Source of the DNA: Armatimonadota bacterium
GTDB lineage: Bacteria; Armatimonadota; Zipacnadia; Zipacnadales; UBA5352
Direction: 5' to 3'
Length of the DNA stretch: 18,232 nucleotides
Assembly (NCBI GenBank): GCA_034722055.1
Contig: JAYENL010000309.1
Span: 1 to 18,232, forward strand
The notes under the pieces are model-generated. The model did not search any database, was not told where the DNA came from, and worked only from the letters and a program-made list of their open reading frames with translations. The position numbers and the translations under genes were made by a program. This document shows positions 7,838 through 16,289 of this stretch, piece after piece. Numbering within the stretch: position 1 is the first letter of the stretch; every line of letters starts with the position of its first letter.

Positions 7838-10087
7838 ATGAGGCGACCCATGCTGATCTCTGCAGCGCTGGCGCTGATCGTGACGGCTGCATACGCACAG
7901 CAGATTCCCGACAGCGACGGCGACGGGATCCCGGATGATGCGGAGTGGCGGCTGGGCAGCGACCCCGAGCACGCGGAGGAGTTGGAGGTCGTCTACTCGA
8001 GTCCGGTGGGCGAGGCCGGTGATACGTCGCCCAGGTTGGACCTGGGGCCGGTGTGGTTCGGGAATGTCGGGAGGGACCGTTGGCTCTTCGCGCTGCAGTT
8101 CGCCGACGACTTCAGATTCGAGAACTGCTGGATGCTCGTGTACATCGATTCAGATAACGACCAGGCCACCGGTCGCCCCCAGCTCGGCAACGACTACTAC
8201 TGGATGATCCACGGGGAGGAGAGGGCCTACGCGGTGTCCTACGGGCCGGACGGGAAGCGGGGCGAGGCCCCGGATCCGCGCGTGGTGGTGGAGGGCCGCA
8301 GGGTCTACCTCTGCGGGGACATGCCGATCGTGCAGCAGGACGGGCGGTCGCACTTCCGCCTGCAGATCTCGGTGGCGACGCGCGAGCCCGTGGTGGTGAA
8401 GGACTTCGTCGCCTTCACGCATTGCGAGGGCCCGCCGAACTCAGATCGCCCGCCCGGCGGCGGCAATGCCACGGTCCGCGGCATCGTCCTCGGCCCACGC
8501 GGCGCCCCGGTCCCGGACGCGAACGTCAGAGCATTCGCCATGCCTGAGGACGGCGTCGGCGATCCCTTCGCGCCCAGCGCGGCGACAGTCAGCGACGAGG
8601 AGGGGCGTTTTGAGCTGTCGGTCCCCGGCGGCATGTGCATACCCTCGGCCGACGCCGGGACGCTTGCGCTGGGCGTGGACGCCGGGGCGTCCGCCCCTCC
8701 GTGGCAGCTCGTCGCGGGCGTGCTCCGTGACGAGGTGGAGGTTCGGCTGGCTGACGGCGGCACGGTCACGGGCAGGGTGACCGGCCCTGACGGGGAGCCC
8801 GCCGCCGGCGCTGAGATCGCCGGCGACCTCGGATACCTCGCCACGACCGGCGATGATGGGCGCTTCACCATCGAGGCCATGCCACCCGGAGAGCGCCGAC
8901 TGCTGGCGCGCGTGGACGGACTCGTCGGCACCGCTGCGCCCTTGGTGACTGCCGGGGTAACGACTTCAGTCGAGCTTGGCCTCGCACCGTCGATCACCGT
9001 CCGGGGCACCGTCACCAGCGAGGTCACCGGAGAGCCCGTGGCGGGAGCGCTCGTGGAGCTGCGGACCGACGCCGATCGCGGGCTGCTGAACGCGGTTGCG
9101 TCGGCGGTCACAGGCCCCGACGGCGCCTACGCGATCTCCGGGCTGCCCGCCGGCTGGATCACCGGCGATGTCTCGATCTCACATGACGACTTCCCCGATC
9201 AGGTCCACGGCATCCTCGAGCCCGACCCCGAGGATCGCGCCATCGAGGCCGATTTCGCGCTCCACGCCGGCTACGCGGTGGAGGGCCGCGTGCTGCTGCC
9301 GGATGGCACACCGGCAGTCGGCGCGCTGGTGCGGCTCGGCCCGTACCGCGGCTTCGACGCCGCCGGCGCCGAGGAGACCAACGCGCAGGGCCGCTTCCGC
9401 CTGGACGGGCTGGAGGACAGCTACCAGCAGGTTCTGAGCACCGAGCTTGAGAGCTACGCGCCGGCGGCGATGCTTCTGAAGCCGGGACGCGGCGAGGGCA
9501 TCCCGCAGGTCGAGCTGACACTGCAGCCCGGACATACCTACACGGGGCGCCTGCTCGACCCTGACGGCGATCCCTGGCCCCACCAGGAGATCCAGGCCAT
9601 GATCACCGTCGATGACCACGTGACCGAGGTCGGGCACTTCACGCGCACCGATGACACCGGCTTGTGGACATACCCGGACCTGCCGGCTGAGGGGGCCTTC
9701 ATCCGCCGACGTGTCGGCTCTTTGATCGTGGAGATGCCGATCAGCCTCGACGCGGAGAACCTCTACCGGACGCCGGCGCTGGGCGTGATCGCGGGCCAAG
9801 TCGTCACGGCGGATGGCGGCCAGCCTGTCCCGCAGTTCGAGGTGACCGTCCTGCCGGGCGATGCCGGGGGGGATGAGCAGGCCATCACAGTCAGCGAGTT
9901 CTACGCCAGGCCGTGGGCGTTCGAGGACGCGGGCGGCCAGTTCCGGCTGCAGCAAATGCCGCTGGGGGTCCCGATGCGCCTGACCGTGAGGGCGTCCGGA
10001 TACGAGGCGGCCACCGTCGGTCCCATAGAGGCCGGTGCGGAGGGCGACGAACGCTGGCCCGTGACGATCGAGCTGAATTCGGGGTAG
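7838..10087 (+). CDS. Secreted protein with a DxDxDG Ca-binding motif and multiple carboxypeptidase-regulatory-like repeats (749 aa)
   Basis: GGAGGAGG RBS before ATG 7838; signal peptide ending AYA; DSDGDGIPDDAE; repeated G-x-V...G-x-P-V-x-G-A...T/SDxxGRF units. Confidence 0.88.
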   Translation: MRRPMLISAALALIVTAAYAQQIPDSDGDGIPDDAEWRLGSDPEHAEELEVVYSSPVGEAGDTSPRLDLGPVWFGNVGRDRWLFALQFADDFRFENCWMLVYIDSDNDQATGRPQLGNDYYWMIHGEERAYAVSYGPDGKRGEAPDPRVVVEGRRVYLCGDMPIVQQDGRSHFRLQISVATREPVVVKDFVAFTHCEGPPNSDRPPGGGNATVRGIVLGPRGAPVPDANVRAFAMPEDGVGDPFAPSAATVSDEEGRFELSVPGGMCIPSADAGTLALGVDAGASAPPWQLVAGVLRDEVEVRLADGGTVTGRVTGPDGEPAAGAEIAGDLGYLATTGDDGRFTIEAMPPGERRLLARVDGLVGTAAPLVTAGVTTSVELGLAPSITVRGTVTSEVTGEPVAGALVELRTDADRGLLNAVASAVTGPDGAYAISGLPAGWITGDVSISHDDFPDQVHGILEPDPEDRAIEADFALHAGYAVEGRVLLPDGTPAVGALVRLGPYRGFDAAGAEETNAQGRFRLDGLEDSYQQVLSTELESYAPAAMLLKPGRGEGIPQVELTLQPGHTYTGRLLDPDGDPWPHQEIQAMITVDDHVTEVGHFTRTDDTGLWTYPDLPAEGAFIRRRVGSLIVEMPISLDAENLYRTPALGVIAGQVVTADGGQPVPQFEVTVLPGDAGGDEQAITVSEFYARPWAFEDAGGQFRLQQMPLGVPMRLTVRASGYEAATVGPIEAGAEGDERWPVTIELNSG

Positions 10088-10454
10088 TGCTCGGTGGCGG
10101 AAGTTCGCGTATTATGCAGCATCACGGTGCCGCCTATGGCGGCACACCATGGAGGGGCCGCCGGGAGCGAAGCGAGCGGTGGGAGGTCCGGAGCGCAGCC
10201 AAGGACCTCCCAGGTTCCACCCCGGCCCATTCGTTAAGTAGCGCAGGCGCCCCCGCCTGCGCGCCGTTTAGCCCCTGCGTAGAGCTATCTAGCAGGCCGG
10301 GCTGGAACCTTCGGCCTTCTCGCTCCGCTCGCAGGCCTCACCAGGCGCTGCGCGCCCGGCGGCCCCTCCACCAGGCACGCCGAACATGCTCCAAGCAACC
10401 AAGCATCGAGCACGTTCGTCGTGAACATACGCGCAATTGCGCAAGTCACCACTA
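10085..10454. mobile_element. MITE-like element, copy A (about 370 bp)
   Basis: Imperfect terminal IRs at 10085-10112 and 10427-10454 with TA on both sides. Internal IR 10212-10227/10295-10310 and central REP-like hairpin 10238-10262. Homologous to 16290-16531. Confidence 0.7.
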
Positions 10455-10455
10455 G

Positions 10456-10570
10456 GCCATCGAGGCCGCTGTGCTGCTGCCCGATGGGACGCCGGCAGTC
10501 GGCGCGATAGCGCGCATGACGCACCACCGGTCCTTCGATCCCGCCGGCGCGGAGGTGACCGACCGGCCGC
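10456..10570 (+). pseudogene. Fragment of a paralog of the 7838-10087 gene
   Basis: AIEAAVLLPDGTPAVGAIARMTHHRSFDPAGAEVTD aligns to AIEA...VLLPDGTPAVGALVRLGPYRGFDAAGAEETN (about 9239-9382) with an internal deletion. Confidence 0.8.
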
Positions 10571-10625
10571 GACGCCTGCTCTCCCTCCCGATTGGGCATC
10601 TGGAGGGTCGGGGGATTGGGCTAGT

Positions 10626-11637
10626 GGGCTATCCGATTGACTCAGGTAGCTGTGTGGCGTAGTCTTGGCGGGTATGGAGGACTACCCGCGGACGATCCTG
10701 GAACTGGAGTCGCGCTTCGGCACGGAGCAAGCGTGTCGCGACTATCTGTTCAGCCTGCGCTGGCCTGAGGGCTTCCGCTGCCCGCGGTGTGGGCACGACA
10801 AGGCCTGGGCCCTGGCCCGCGGGCTGCACGAGTGTGCCGGGTGTGGCGTGCAGACTTCGGTGACCGCAGGCACCATCTTCCAGGATACGCGCAAGCCCTT
10901 GCGGCTGTGGTTTCGCGCCGTGTGCTACGTGACCAACCAAAAGACGGGCGTGAGTGCTCTGGGCCTGCAGCGTGTTCTGGGCCTGGGCAGCTACGAGACG
11001 GCCTGGGTGTGGCTGCACAAGCTGCGCCGTGCCATGGTGCGGCCTGGTCGGGACCGTCTGAAGGGCTCGGTGGAGGTCGATGAGGTCTACGTCGGCGGCG
11101 AGCATCCGGGCAAACGCGGGCGCGGGGCGGCTGGCAAGTGCATCGTGGTGGTGGCTGCTGAGGAAGATGGCCCCCGCATCGGCCGTGTGCGGCTGCTGCG
11201 CGTGCCCGACGCCTCCGGGCCGAGCCTGTGTGACGCCGCGCTTGAATGTGTGGAGCCTGGTAGCATAGTGCGCACCGACGGCCTGGCGTCGTACAACGGG
11301 CTGTCGGGGCTGGGCTACCGACACGAGGTGATACGCCAGGGCAGCGGCGAGGTGGGCGAGAACCCCCTGCCCCGGATACATCGCGTCGCGGCTTTGCTCA
11401 AGCGCTGGATGCTGGGCACTCATCAGGGCGCCATCCGATCCTCACACCTGGATTACTACCTGGACGAGTTTACGTTCCGCTTCAACCGCCGCACGTCGCG
11501 TTCGCGAGGCAAGCTCTTCTATCGGCTGCTTCAGCACGCGGTGGCCATCGATCCGGTGCCCGGCGACCAGCTCCGAGGCGGCGCGATCTGCCCCGCACTC
11601 ACCAATTCGGCATCAACCTGAGTCAAGCGGATAGCCC
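10626..11637 (+). mobile_element. IS1595-family insertion sequence (ISSod11-like), 1012 bp
   Basis: 22-bp IRs with 21/22 identity: GGGCTATCCGATTGACTCAGGT (10626-10647) and ACCTGAGTCAAGCGGATAGCCC (11616-11637). Single transposase ORF; no target duplication visible. Confidence 0.93.
10674..11621 (+). CDS. IS1595-family transposase
   Basis: LRWPEGFRCPRC...ECAGC zinc ribbon, TAGTIF, VEVDEVYVGG, VRTDG, LPRIHRVAALLKRW and YLDEFTFRFNRR. The stop is inside the right IR; alternative TTG start at 10665. Confidence 0.95.
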   Translation: MEDYPRTILELESRFGTEQACRDYLFSLRWPEGFRCPRCGHDKAWALARGLHECAGCGVQTSVTAGTIFQDTRKPLRLWFRAVCYVTNQKTGVSALGLQRVLGLGSYETAWVWLHKLRRAMVRPGRDRLKGSVEVDEVYVGGEHPGKRGRGAAGKCIVVVAAEEDGPRIGRVRLLRVPDASGPSLCDAALECVEPGSIVRTDGLASYNGLSGLGYRHEVIRQGSGEVGENPLPRIHRVAALLKRWMLGTHQGAIRSSHLDYYLDEFTFRFNRRTSRSRGKLFYRLLQHAVAIDPVPGDQLRGGAICPALTNSAST

Positions 11638-11652
11638 TATCCCATAAAGTGA

Positions 11653-13320
11653 TTACATCCCTGCCCTGGCGCTATAGTATGCGGTGCTCGACGATGGTCC
11701 TCCGCGGTGGAGTATCGCCACCAGGTCGGCGTCAGGTGAAAAGCCCACCGGAATTCCGCTGCAGTCCAGGCGCGCGGTGACCTGTTCCGTCGCCACGTCG
11801 CAGACGGAGACCTTGCCCGCAAGCGTCCGTACGGCCCCGACGCTCCCGTCAGGAGAAAAGACCATCTCAGGTGCACCCGACGCAATACTCTCGTCGAGCG
11901 GCTGAGATGCCCCGACGATCACCGGTCTGGGCTGGGCGGTTGACAGATCCCACAGCCAGGTTCCTGCCTGTCCGGAAACAGAGACCATTGCGGCATCGGG
12001 GGATGCCGTGACGCTGGTGCTCAGTGCAGGACGCCCGACCAATGTTCGGACCAGGCGCCCGTCATTCGGGTCGAAGAGCTCGACCTGCCCGCCGACAGAT
12101 GCCGCCAGGACATCTCGCCGGGGCGAGAACCTGAGCTTGGAGATCAGCCCCGGTACCGGGATCGTCCGCGTGGCGCCCGAGTCTCGGTTGCACAAGGACA
12201 ACTGGCAGTCGGGCGTCTTGCCATGGTCCTCAACCACACTCGCCACGCCCAGAGTCTCGCCGGCGGCAGACAATGCGACGCAGCACACTTGCCGTCCGCC
12301 CGTCGGCTCCTGAGCATCTTCTGGCTCGGGAACAACCACCGGGGCCGGGTCGCCGGCATCAACACGGTGAACATCGATGCCTCCGCTCTCGTTCGGAACG
12401 GCCAGCGTGGAGCCATCGGCCGAGAATGCGACGCACGCCGCGTCGGGCGCAGCACAGCGGCTCGCCAAGGCCGTGGACCCGCCCGTCAGCGCGCTGATCA
12501 GCACAAAGCCGCCTGACGGGTCGTCAGTTGCCAGCATGGAGCCATCAGGCGAGAATCTCGCAAAGCTGCCAGTCGTTGCGTTGGGAGCCGCCGGTTCCGG
12601 CTGCCCCATATCCCAGATGCTGAGCGTTCCACGCTGGAGCCGCTGCGAGCAACAGGCCACGGCCAGCGTGCTGCCATCAGGGCCGAACGCCAGCCCGCTG
12701 TGATGATCAAAGCCCACTCGGTCCGAGCCGGTATCGAGCGTACGCATGAGCCGTCCCGACTGAAGATCCCAGATCGAGACGATGGGGGCGCTGCTTACCG
12801 CCTCCGCGGCCGGGGATCGGTTGCCGACATCCGGAAACGGCAGGAAGCTTGGACCGAGGCTCATGGTGGCGAGCCGGGCGTCGTCCGGCGAGAAGTCGGC
12901 GCAGAAGACCCACTGTGGCTGACCTGCAATGGTCCGCTCGAGCAGCCCGGTGCGAGCCTGCCAGACAAGCGCCTTCCCCTGCGTTCCGGTCGTAAGCAGA
13001 GTCCCATCGTGAGATAAACACAGGGGATAGCCCTCCAGGACCGCCAGGACCCGACCGGCCGCCGTGTCCCACAGGCGCGTTTGCCTCTCGCTCCATGCTC
13101 CGCTGGCCAGTGTGCGTCCGTCAGGCGAGAAGATCATCCGGTCGATGTCTTGGCTGTGGCCCACCTGCAGCGCAAGGCTCGGGGCCGCCCTCTCAGCATC
13201 AGTCCCGCGTTGCGCCACGCACTGTGGCGAGTGCAGCCGCAGCGCCAGCACGGCACACGCCACCGCCAACCGGGCTGTTGCTCGTCTCTGCCGGGCGCTG
13301 GGCAATCGCACCGTCACCAC
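11653..13320 (-). CDS. WD40-repeat beta-propeller protein with signal-like N-terminus, probably 3'-truncated
   Basis: LQVGHS...FSPDGRTLASG...RLWD and many FSPDG/FSAD repeats. It ends mid-repeat, 15 bp from the IS1595 IR. Start uncertain (GTG 13320 or 13311). Confidence 0.82.
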   Translation of the reverse strand: MVTVRLPSARQRRATARLAVACAVLALRLHSPQCVAQRGTDAERAAPSLALQVGHSQDIDRMIFSPDGRTLASGAWSERQTRLWDTAAGRVLAVLEGYPLCLSHDGTLLTTGTQGKALVWQARTGLLERTIAGQPQWVFCADFSPDDARLATMSLGPSFLPFPDVGNRSPAAEAVSSAPIVSIWDLQSGRLMRTLDTGSDRVGFDHHSGLAFGPDGSTLAVACCSQRLQRGTLSIWDMGQPEPAAPNATTGSFARFSPDGSMLATDDPSGGFVLISALTGGSTALASRCAAPDAACVAFSADGSTLAVPNESGGIDVHRVDAGDPAPVVVPEPEDAQEPTGGRQVCCVALSAAGETLGVASVVEDHGKTPDCQLSLCNRDSGATRTIPVPGLISKLRFSPRRDVLAASVGGQVELFDPNDGRLVRTLVGRPALSTSVTASPDAAMVSVSGQAGTWLWDLSTAQPRPVIVGASQPLDESIASGAPEMVFSPDGSVGAVRTLAGKVSVCDVATEQVTARLDCSGIPVGFSPDADLVAILHRGGPSSSTAYYSARAGM

Positions 13321-13399
13321 TCCCGAGCGGACCGTGGCGGGGCCCTCAACACGACAGGCCGCGGCCCCTTGATCGGACGTCTCTCGGCATGCCCGTGAC

Positions 13400-13418
13400 C
13401 TCTAAGAGAGCTCTACAA
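13400..13418 (-). promoter_or_regulatory. Degenerate 11-bp-period direct repeat upstream of the WD40 gene
   Basis: TTGTAGA-gctc-TCTTAGA-G, 16/19 identical to 16125-16143. Confidence 0.5.
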
Positions 13419-13439
13419 GCGAGAACGGGGCGTGGCTTG

Positions 13440-13672
13440 TGCTCAGATCGGGCTCTGCGCAGAGGCCCGCACCGCCGCTTCCCAGGGTCTCCTCTGCCCC
13501 AACGGACAGTGGCAAGCGGTACGCCTGTGGCTGCACGAAGTGGCGTCTCCGGGCGGTAAGCGAGGGAGGGGAGGAATCCGGCGGCCTTCTGCGTGCTGAC
13601 GCGGACGATCTCGCGGTCGCCACGGAGCACACGTCGTCCGCCGAGCATCTCTATCCGGCACCGTGCGCTCAT
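13440..13672 (-). pseudogene. Decayed N-terminal winged-helix of a SARP/AfsR/BTAD-family activator
   Basis: MSARCRIEMLGGRRVLRGDREIVRVSTQKAAGFLPSLAYRP...LATVRWGRGDPGKRR...LRRARS resembles RIxLLGGLRV...RFRTQKxxxLLAYLA...LxxLLWP...LRxALS. No BTAD or TPR part follows. Confidence 0.7.
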
Positions 13673-13830
13673 CGCCGTCAGCCCCCAGTCCGAACAGCCA
13701 GACGACTTCAGTCCGGATGACGCGCAGACGCAGACGGTCCTCCCCCGGCAGGCCGTCAGGTGGCGACGAACAAGCAAGAAGTGAATGGAGTATTCCTCCT
13801 CACGATCCATCCAAAACCGTTGTGGTATCA

Positions 13831-14238
13831 TTATCGCAATGCAACGTCATCACGAGCACGATCCAGAGCCGGCGCCAGCGCCTGCCGAAGGGAGGCATCG
13901 GCCTCCTCGAACCGTTGGGTCAGTTCGCCGCCGTCTGCCCCCAGCACCTCCAGCGCCGCCAGATGCAGCTCCACGGCCAGCGCGAACCACTGTCGGGAGC
14001 AGCGGATCAGCCGAATGGCGGGACTGTCCTTGCGGGCGAACTCCCGGGGCGTGTACCACAGACGGCTGCGTCGCGTGTCCGCGAACACCTCTTGACCGCA
14101 CTCCGGACAGCACGCTGACTCCACCAGTGTGCTATTCACCGCCTCCAGCGCTCTTCCGAACTCCAGCTCCATGGGCGCCCCGCAGTGAGGGCATGGCCCC
14201 CTCTCGAACTGCAGCACCAGACGAGCTGCGGTGGGCAC
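13831..14238 (-). CDS. Hypothetical zinc-ribbon protein (CPHC...CPEC) with helical C-terminus
   Basis: Two CxxC pairs and a strong GGAGGAGG RBS before GTG 14238. Confidence 0.7.
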   Translation of the reverse strand: MPTAARLVLQFERGPCPHCGAPMELEFGRALEAVNSTLVESACCPECGQEVFADTRRSRLWYTPREFARKDSPAIRLIRCSRQWFALAVELHLAALEVLGADGGELTQRFEEADASLRQALAPALDRARDDVALR

Positions 14239-14350
14239 GGGCTTCCCTCCTCCGGCTGATGCTTCGGTGGTTTGGGCTGGTGTATGTGGTCAGGTTCGCT
14301 ACGGTTTATGCACACGCCCACTGTCGCGCTGCCGCTCGAGCTCTGACCTT

Positions 14351-14386
14351 CCGGGGCGCGGGAGGATGAGTCCCCCCGCGCTCCGG
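14351..14386. terminator. GC-rich hairpin downstream of the 14421 gene
   Basis: CCGGGGCGCGGG...CCCGCGCTCCGG stem with no clear U-tract. Confidence 0.35.
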
Positions 14387-14420
14387 GCGCGGCTGCGTGG
14401 GACCGTGAAGTCAGTGCGGC

Positions 14421-14948
14421 TCACTCCAGCGTATACCTCGATTCGCCCCACGCCCCGGTGGAACTGGTGGCAACTCCGTAGTATTCTCCACTCGCTGCAT
14501 TCGCGTGCACGAAGTCCACTTCGCCGTTTCCACCGGTCTCGCCGGTGAAGTACCACGACTCGCCAGTGTCAATGAGGGTGAGAGTCAAGTCAACCTGTGC
14601 CTTCACATTCACAGACTTCCCACTCTCCACATCCACCATCGTCAGCGTGAGGATCAGATCTTCATCCTTGGTCTGCCATTCGAAGGATATCCACTCTGTC
14701 GGCCCCCACGGGTCCGGTTCGGGTGGCGGGGCGGTGCCGTCGTCCCCTGGCTTCGGCTTCTTCGGCTTCCAGTGCCCCAGCTTCATCTCCGTCGCGCCGT
14801 TCATTCCCGTGCTGCTACGGGCGTCTGTCAGATCCACGCCGGTATCGCCCGGCATCACCGTCTGCGCTGCCACTTCGCCGCAGAGGCCGATCGCCATCAG
14901 CGTGACCAGCGCCGCGGCGCCCAACAGTACGACCGCTTCCCTGCGCAT
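14421..14948 (-). CDS. Secreted protein with a Lys/Pro linker and C-terminal beta-rich (Ig-like) domain
   Basis: GAGGAGG RBS before ATG 14948; signal peptide ending VAA; KPKKPKP...PPPEPDP linker; FTGETGGNGEVDF...SGEYYGVAT. Confidence 0.8.
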   Translation of the reverse strand: MRREAVVLLGAAALVTLMAIGLCGEVAAQTVMPGDTGVDLTDARSSTGMNGATEMKLGHWKPKKPKPGDDGTAPPPEPDPWGPTEWISFEWQTKDEDLILTLTMVDVESGKSVNVKAQVDLTLTLIDTGESWYFTGETGGNGEVDFVHANAASGEYYGVATSSTGAWGESRYTLE

Positions 14949-14978
14949 TCGTCTCTCCTCCTCGACCAATGCTGACTA

Positions 14979-15012
14979 CTCCCGGGCCGGTGTTCCGACA
15001 CCGGCCCGGGAG
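14979..15012. other. Perfect 15-bp intergenic hairpin
   Basis: CTCCCGGGCCGGTGT-TCCG-ACACCGGCCCGGGAG, between two co-oriented genes, no U-tract. Confidence 0.8.
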
Positions 15013-15029
15013 GGGTGTTGGGCACGTCT

Positions 15030-15674
15030 TCAGTCCTTGAACTTCAGACTTGTCTGGGTCAGAAAGCCGCTGTTCGCGGTAACATGGACCATGGAGAACG
15101 AAGTCCCATCCTCCAAAGTGCCGGAGGCATTCAGATCCAGGAAGGGTACCGTGGCCCCGCCCACGGGGTGGAGATCCTCTAAGAAGGAATCAGCTAGCCC
15201 TATCCGCAGGGACTCCATGCCCTCAAGCTCGGGGACTGTCAAGACCCCTTGCTCCTCGAGGGCCTCACGCGCCTCGGCCCCATCAACGAACCATATCGAC
15301 ACTGCTTCGCCGTCAGCTTCCTCCAGATGTTGCTTGAGCGGGGGAGTGCCAGGGGGCGCTTCAGGGTCCCGTATCGCGTATCCCTCCACCAGAACGGGAC
15401 AGTCCTCGTCGTTGATTTCGAAGTCGAATGTAACGCCTCCGGGACCATACAGGTTGAAGTCGGCTGGCACGCACTCGGACGGGCGGTAGAAGACGATCGC
15501 CCACGTGTCAGTGTAGCCGACGTATTTCAGGATCCGCGCGTAGTACGGCAGGGATTGCTCGTCGGGAACCGTCAGACGCTCCGCGGCCTGGCCGACTCCG
15601 ATTGACGTCAGCAGAAGCAGAGCTACCAGGCATGTCAACTTCCATCCTGCGGGAGACGACGTTCCAGTCCTCAT
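15030..15674 (-). CDS. Secreted uncharacterised protein (PYYARI / FYRPxECVPxDFNL motifs)
   Basis: GAAAGGG RBS-like sequence, signal peptide ending GQA, globular acidic mature part with two Cys. The motifs recall a conserved hypothetical family (not verified). Confidence 0.82.
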   Translation of the reverse strand: MRTGTSSPAGWKLTCLVALLLLTSIGVGQAAERLTVPDEQSLPYYARILKYVGYTDTWAIVFYRPSECVPADFNLYGPGGVTFDFEINDEDCPVLVEGYAIRDPEAPPGTPPLKQHLEEADGEAVSIWFVDGAEAREALEEQGVLTVPELEGMESLRIGLADSFLEDLHPVGGATVPFLDLNASGTLEDGTSFSMVHVTANSGFLTQTSLKFKD

Positions 15675-15691
15675 AACCCTTTCTCCCTTCG

Positions 15692-16021
15692 CTACGGCTT
15701 GATGTCACGTCTGCAGGTCTGCACGCGCCCGCCCCCCTTCTGTGCTTTGGGGGCCGGCGACACGGCAGCCCACCTCCTTCCTCCATGGGACGTGCCAGGC
15801 CCCGCAGCTCGTCCGTGGAATGTGCCAGCCGTGGGACGGTGAGTGAGCGGGGAGTTGAGGACCCTGGCAGGCGGCGAACCCGCGGCATTCGTCTCAATCG
15901 CGGCCAGACCGGATCCGCCTGGCGCGGCGGCCTCGTGCCCGCCTCCGCCACCGCATCCGACATTCGCCACCCTCACCAGCGTCCCGACGCAGAGCAGTGC
16001 CACGACAACTTTCCACCGCAT
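15692..16021 (-). pseudogene. Lipoprotein-like ORF (VGC-GGGGG), probably decayed
   Basis: GGAGG RBS and MRWKVVVALL...VGCGGGGG. The hydrophobic core is interrupted by R and N, and the C-terminal half does not look protein-like. Confidence 0.5.
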
Positions 16022-16111
16022 TCGACCCGCCTCCCTCGACTGGATCGTGCGCTACCCCGTCACCGGGGCAAGTCGCGCCAGCTTGGGGCTTGATGCAGAC
16101 CGTCACCAGAC

Positions 16112-16143
16112 ATGATATTCAGCACTCTAAAAGAACTCTAAAA
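16112..16143 (-). promoter_or_regulatory. Activator-type promoter: heptamer direct repeats plus -10 box (SARP-like geometry)
   Basis: TTTTAGA-gttc-TTTTAGA-(8 bp)-TATCAT, with no consensus -35. Confidence 0.65.
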
Positions 16144-16289
16144 TCGCGTACGACCGGTCTGAGACAGCGGCCTTTCTTCGGCTCCTCCTGTGGTTCCGAG
16201 GGGCCGAACGGGGAGGGGTGGAAAGCGTCACGGCAAGCCTCGAAGAGCGAGGCCGACCCGCCGCCATGCGACCCGTGACCCGCTCCATC

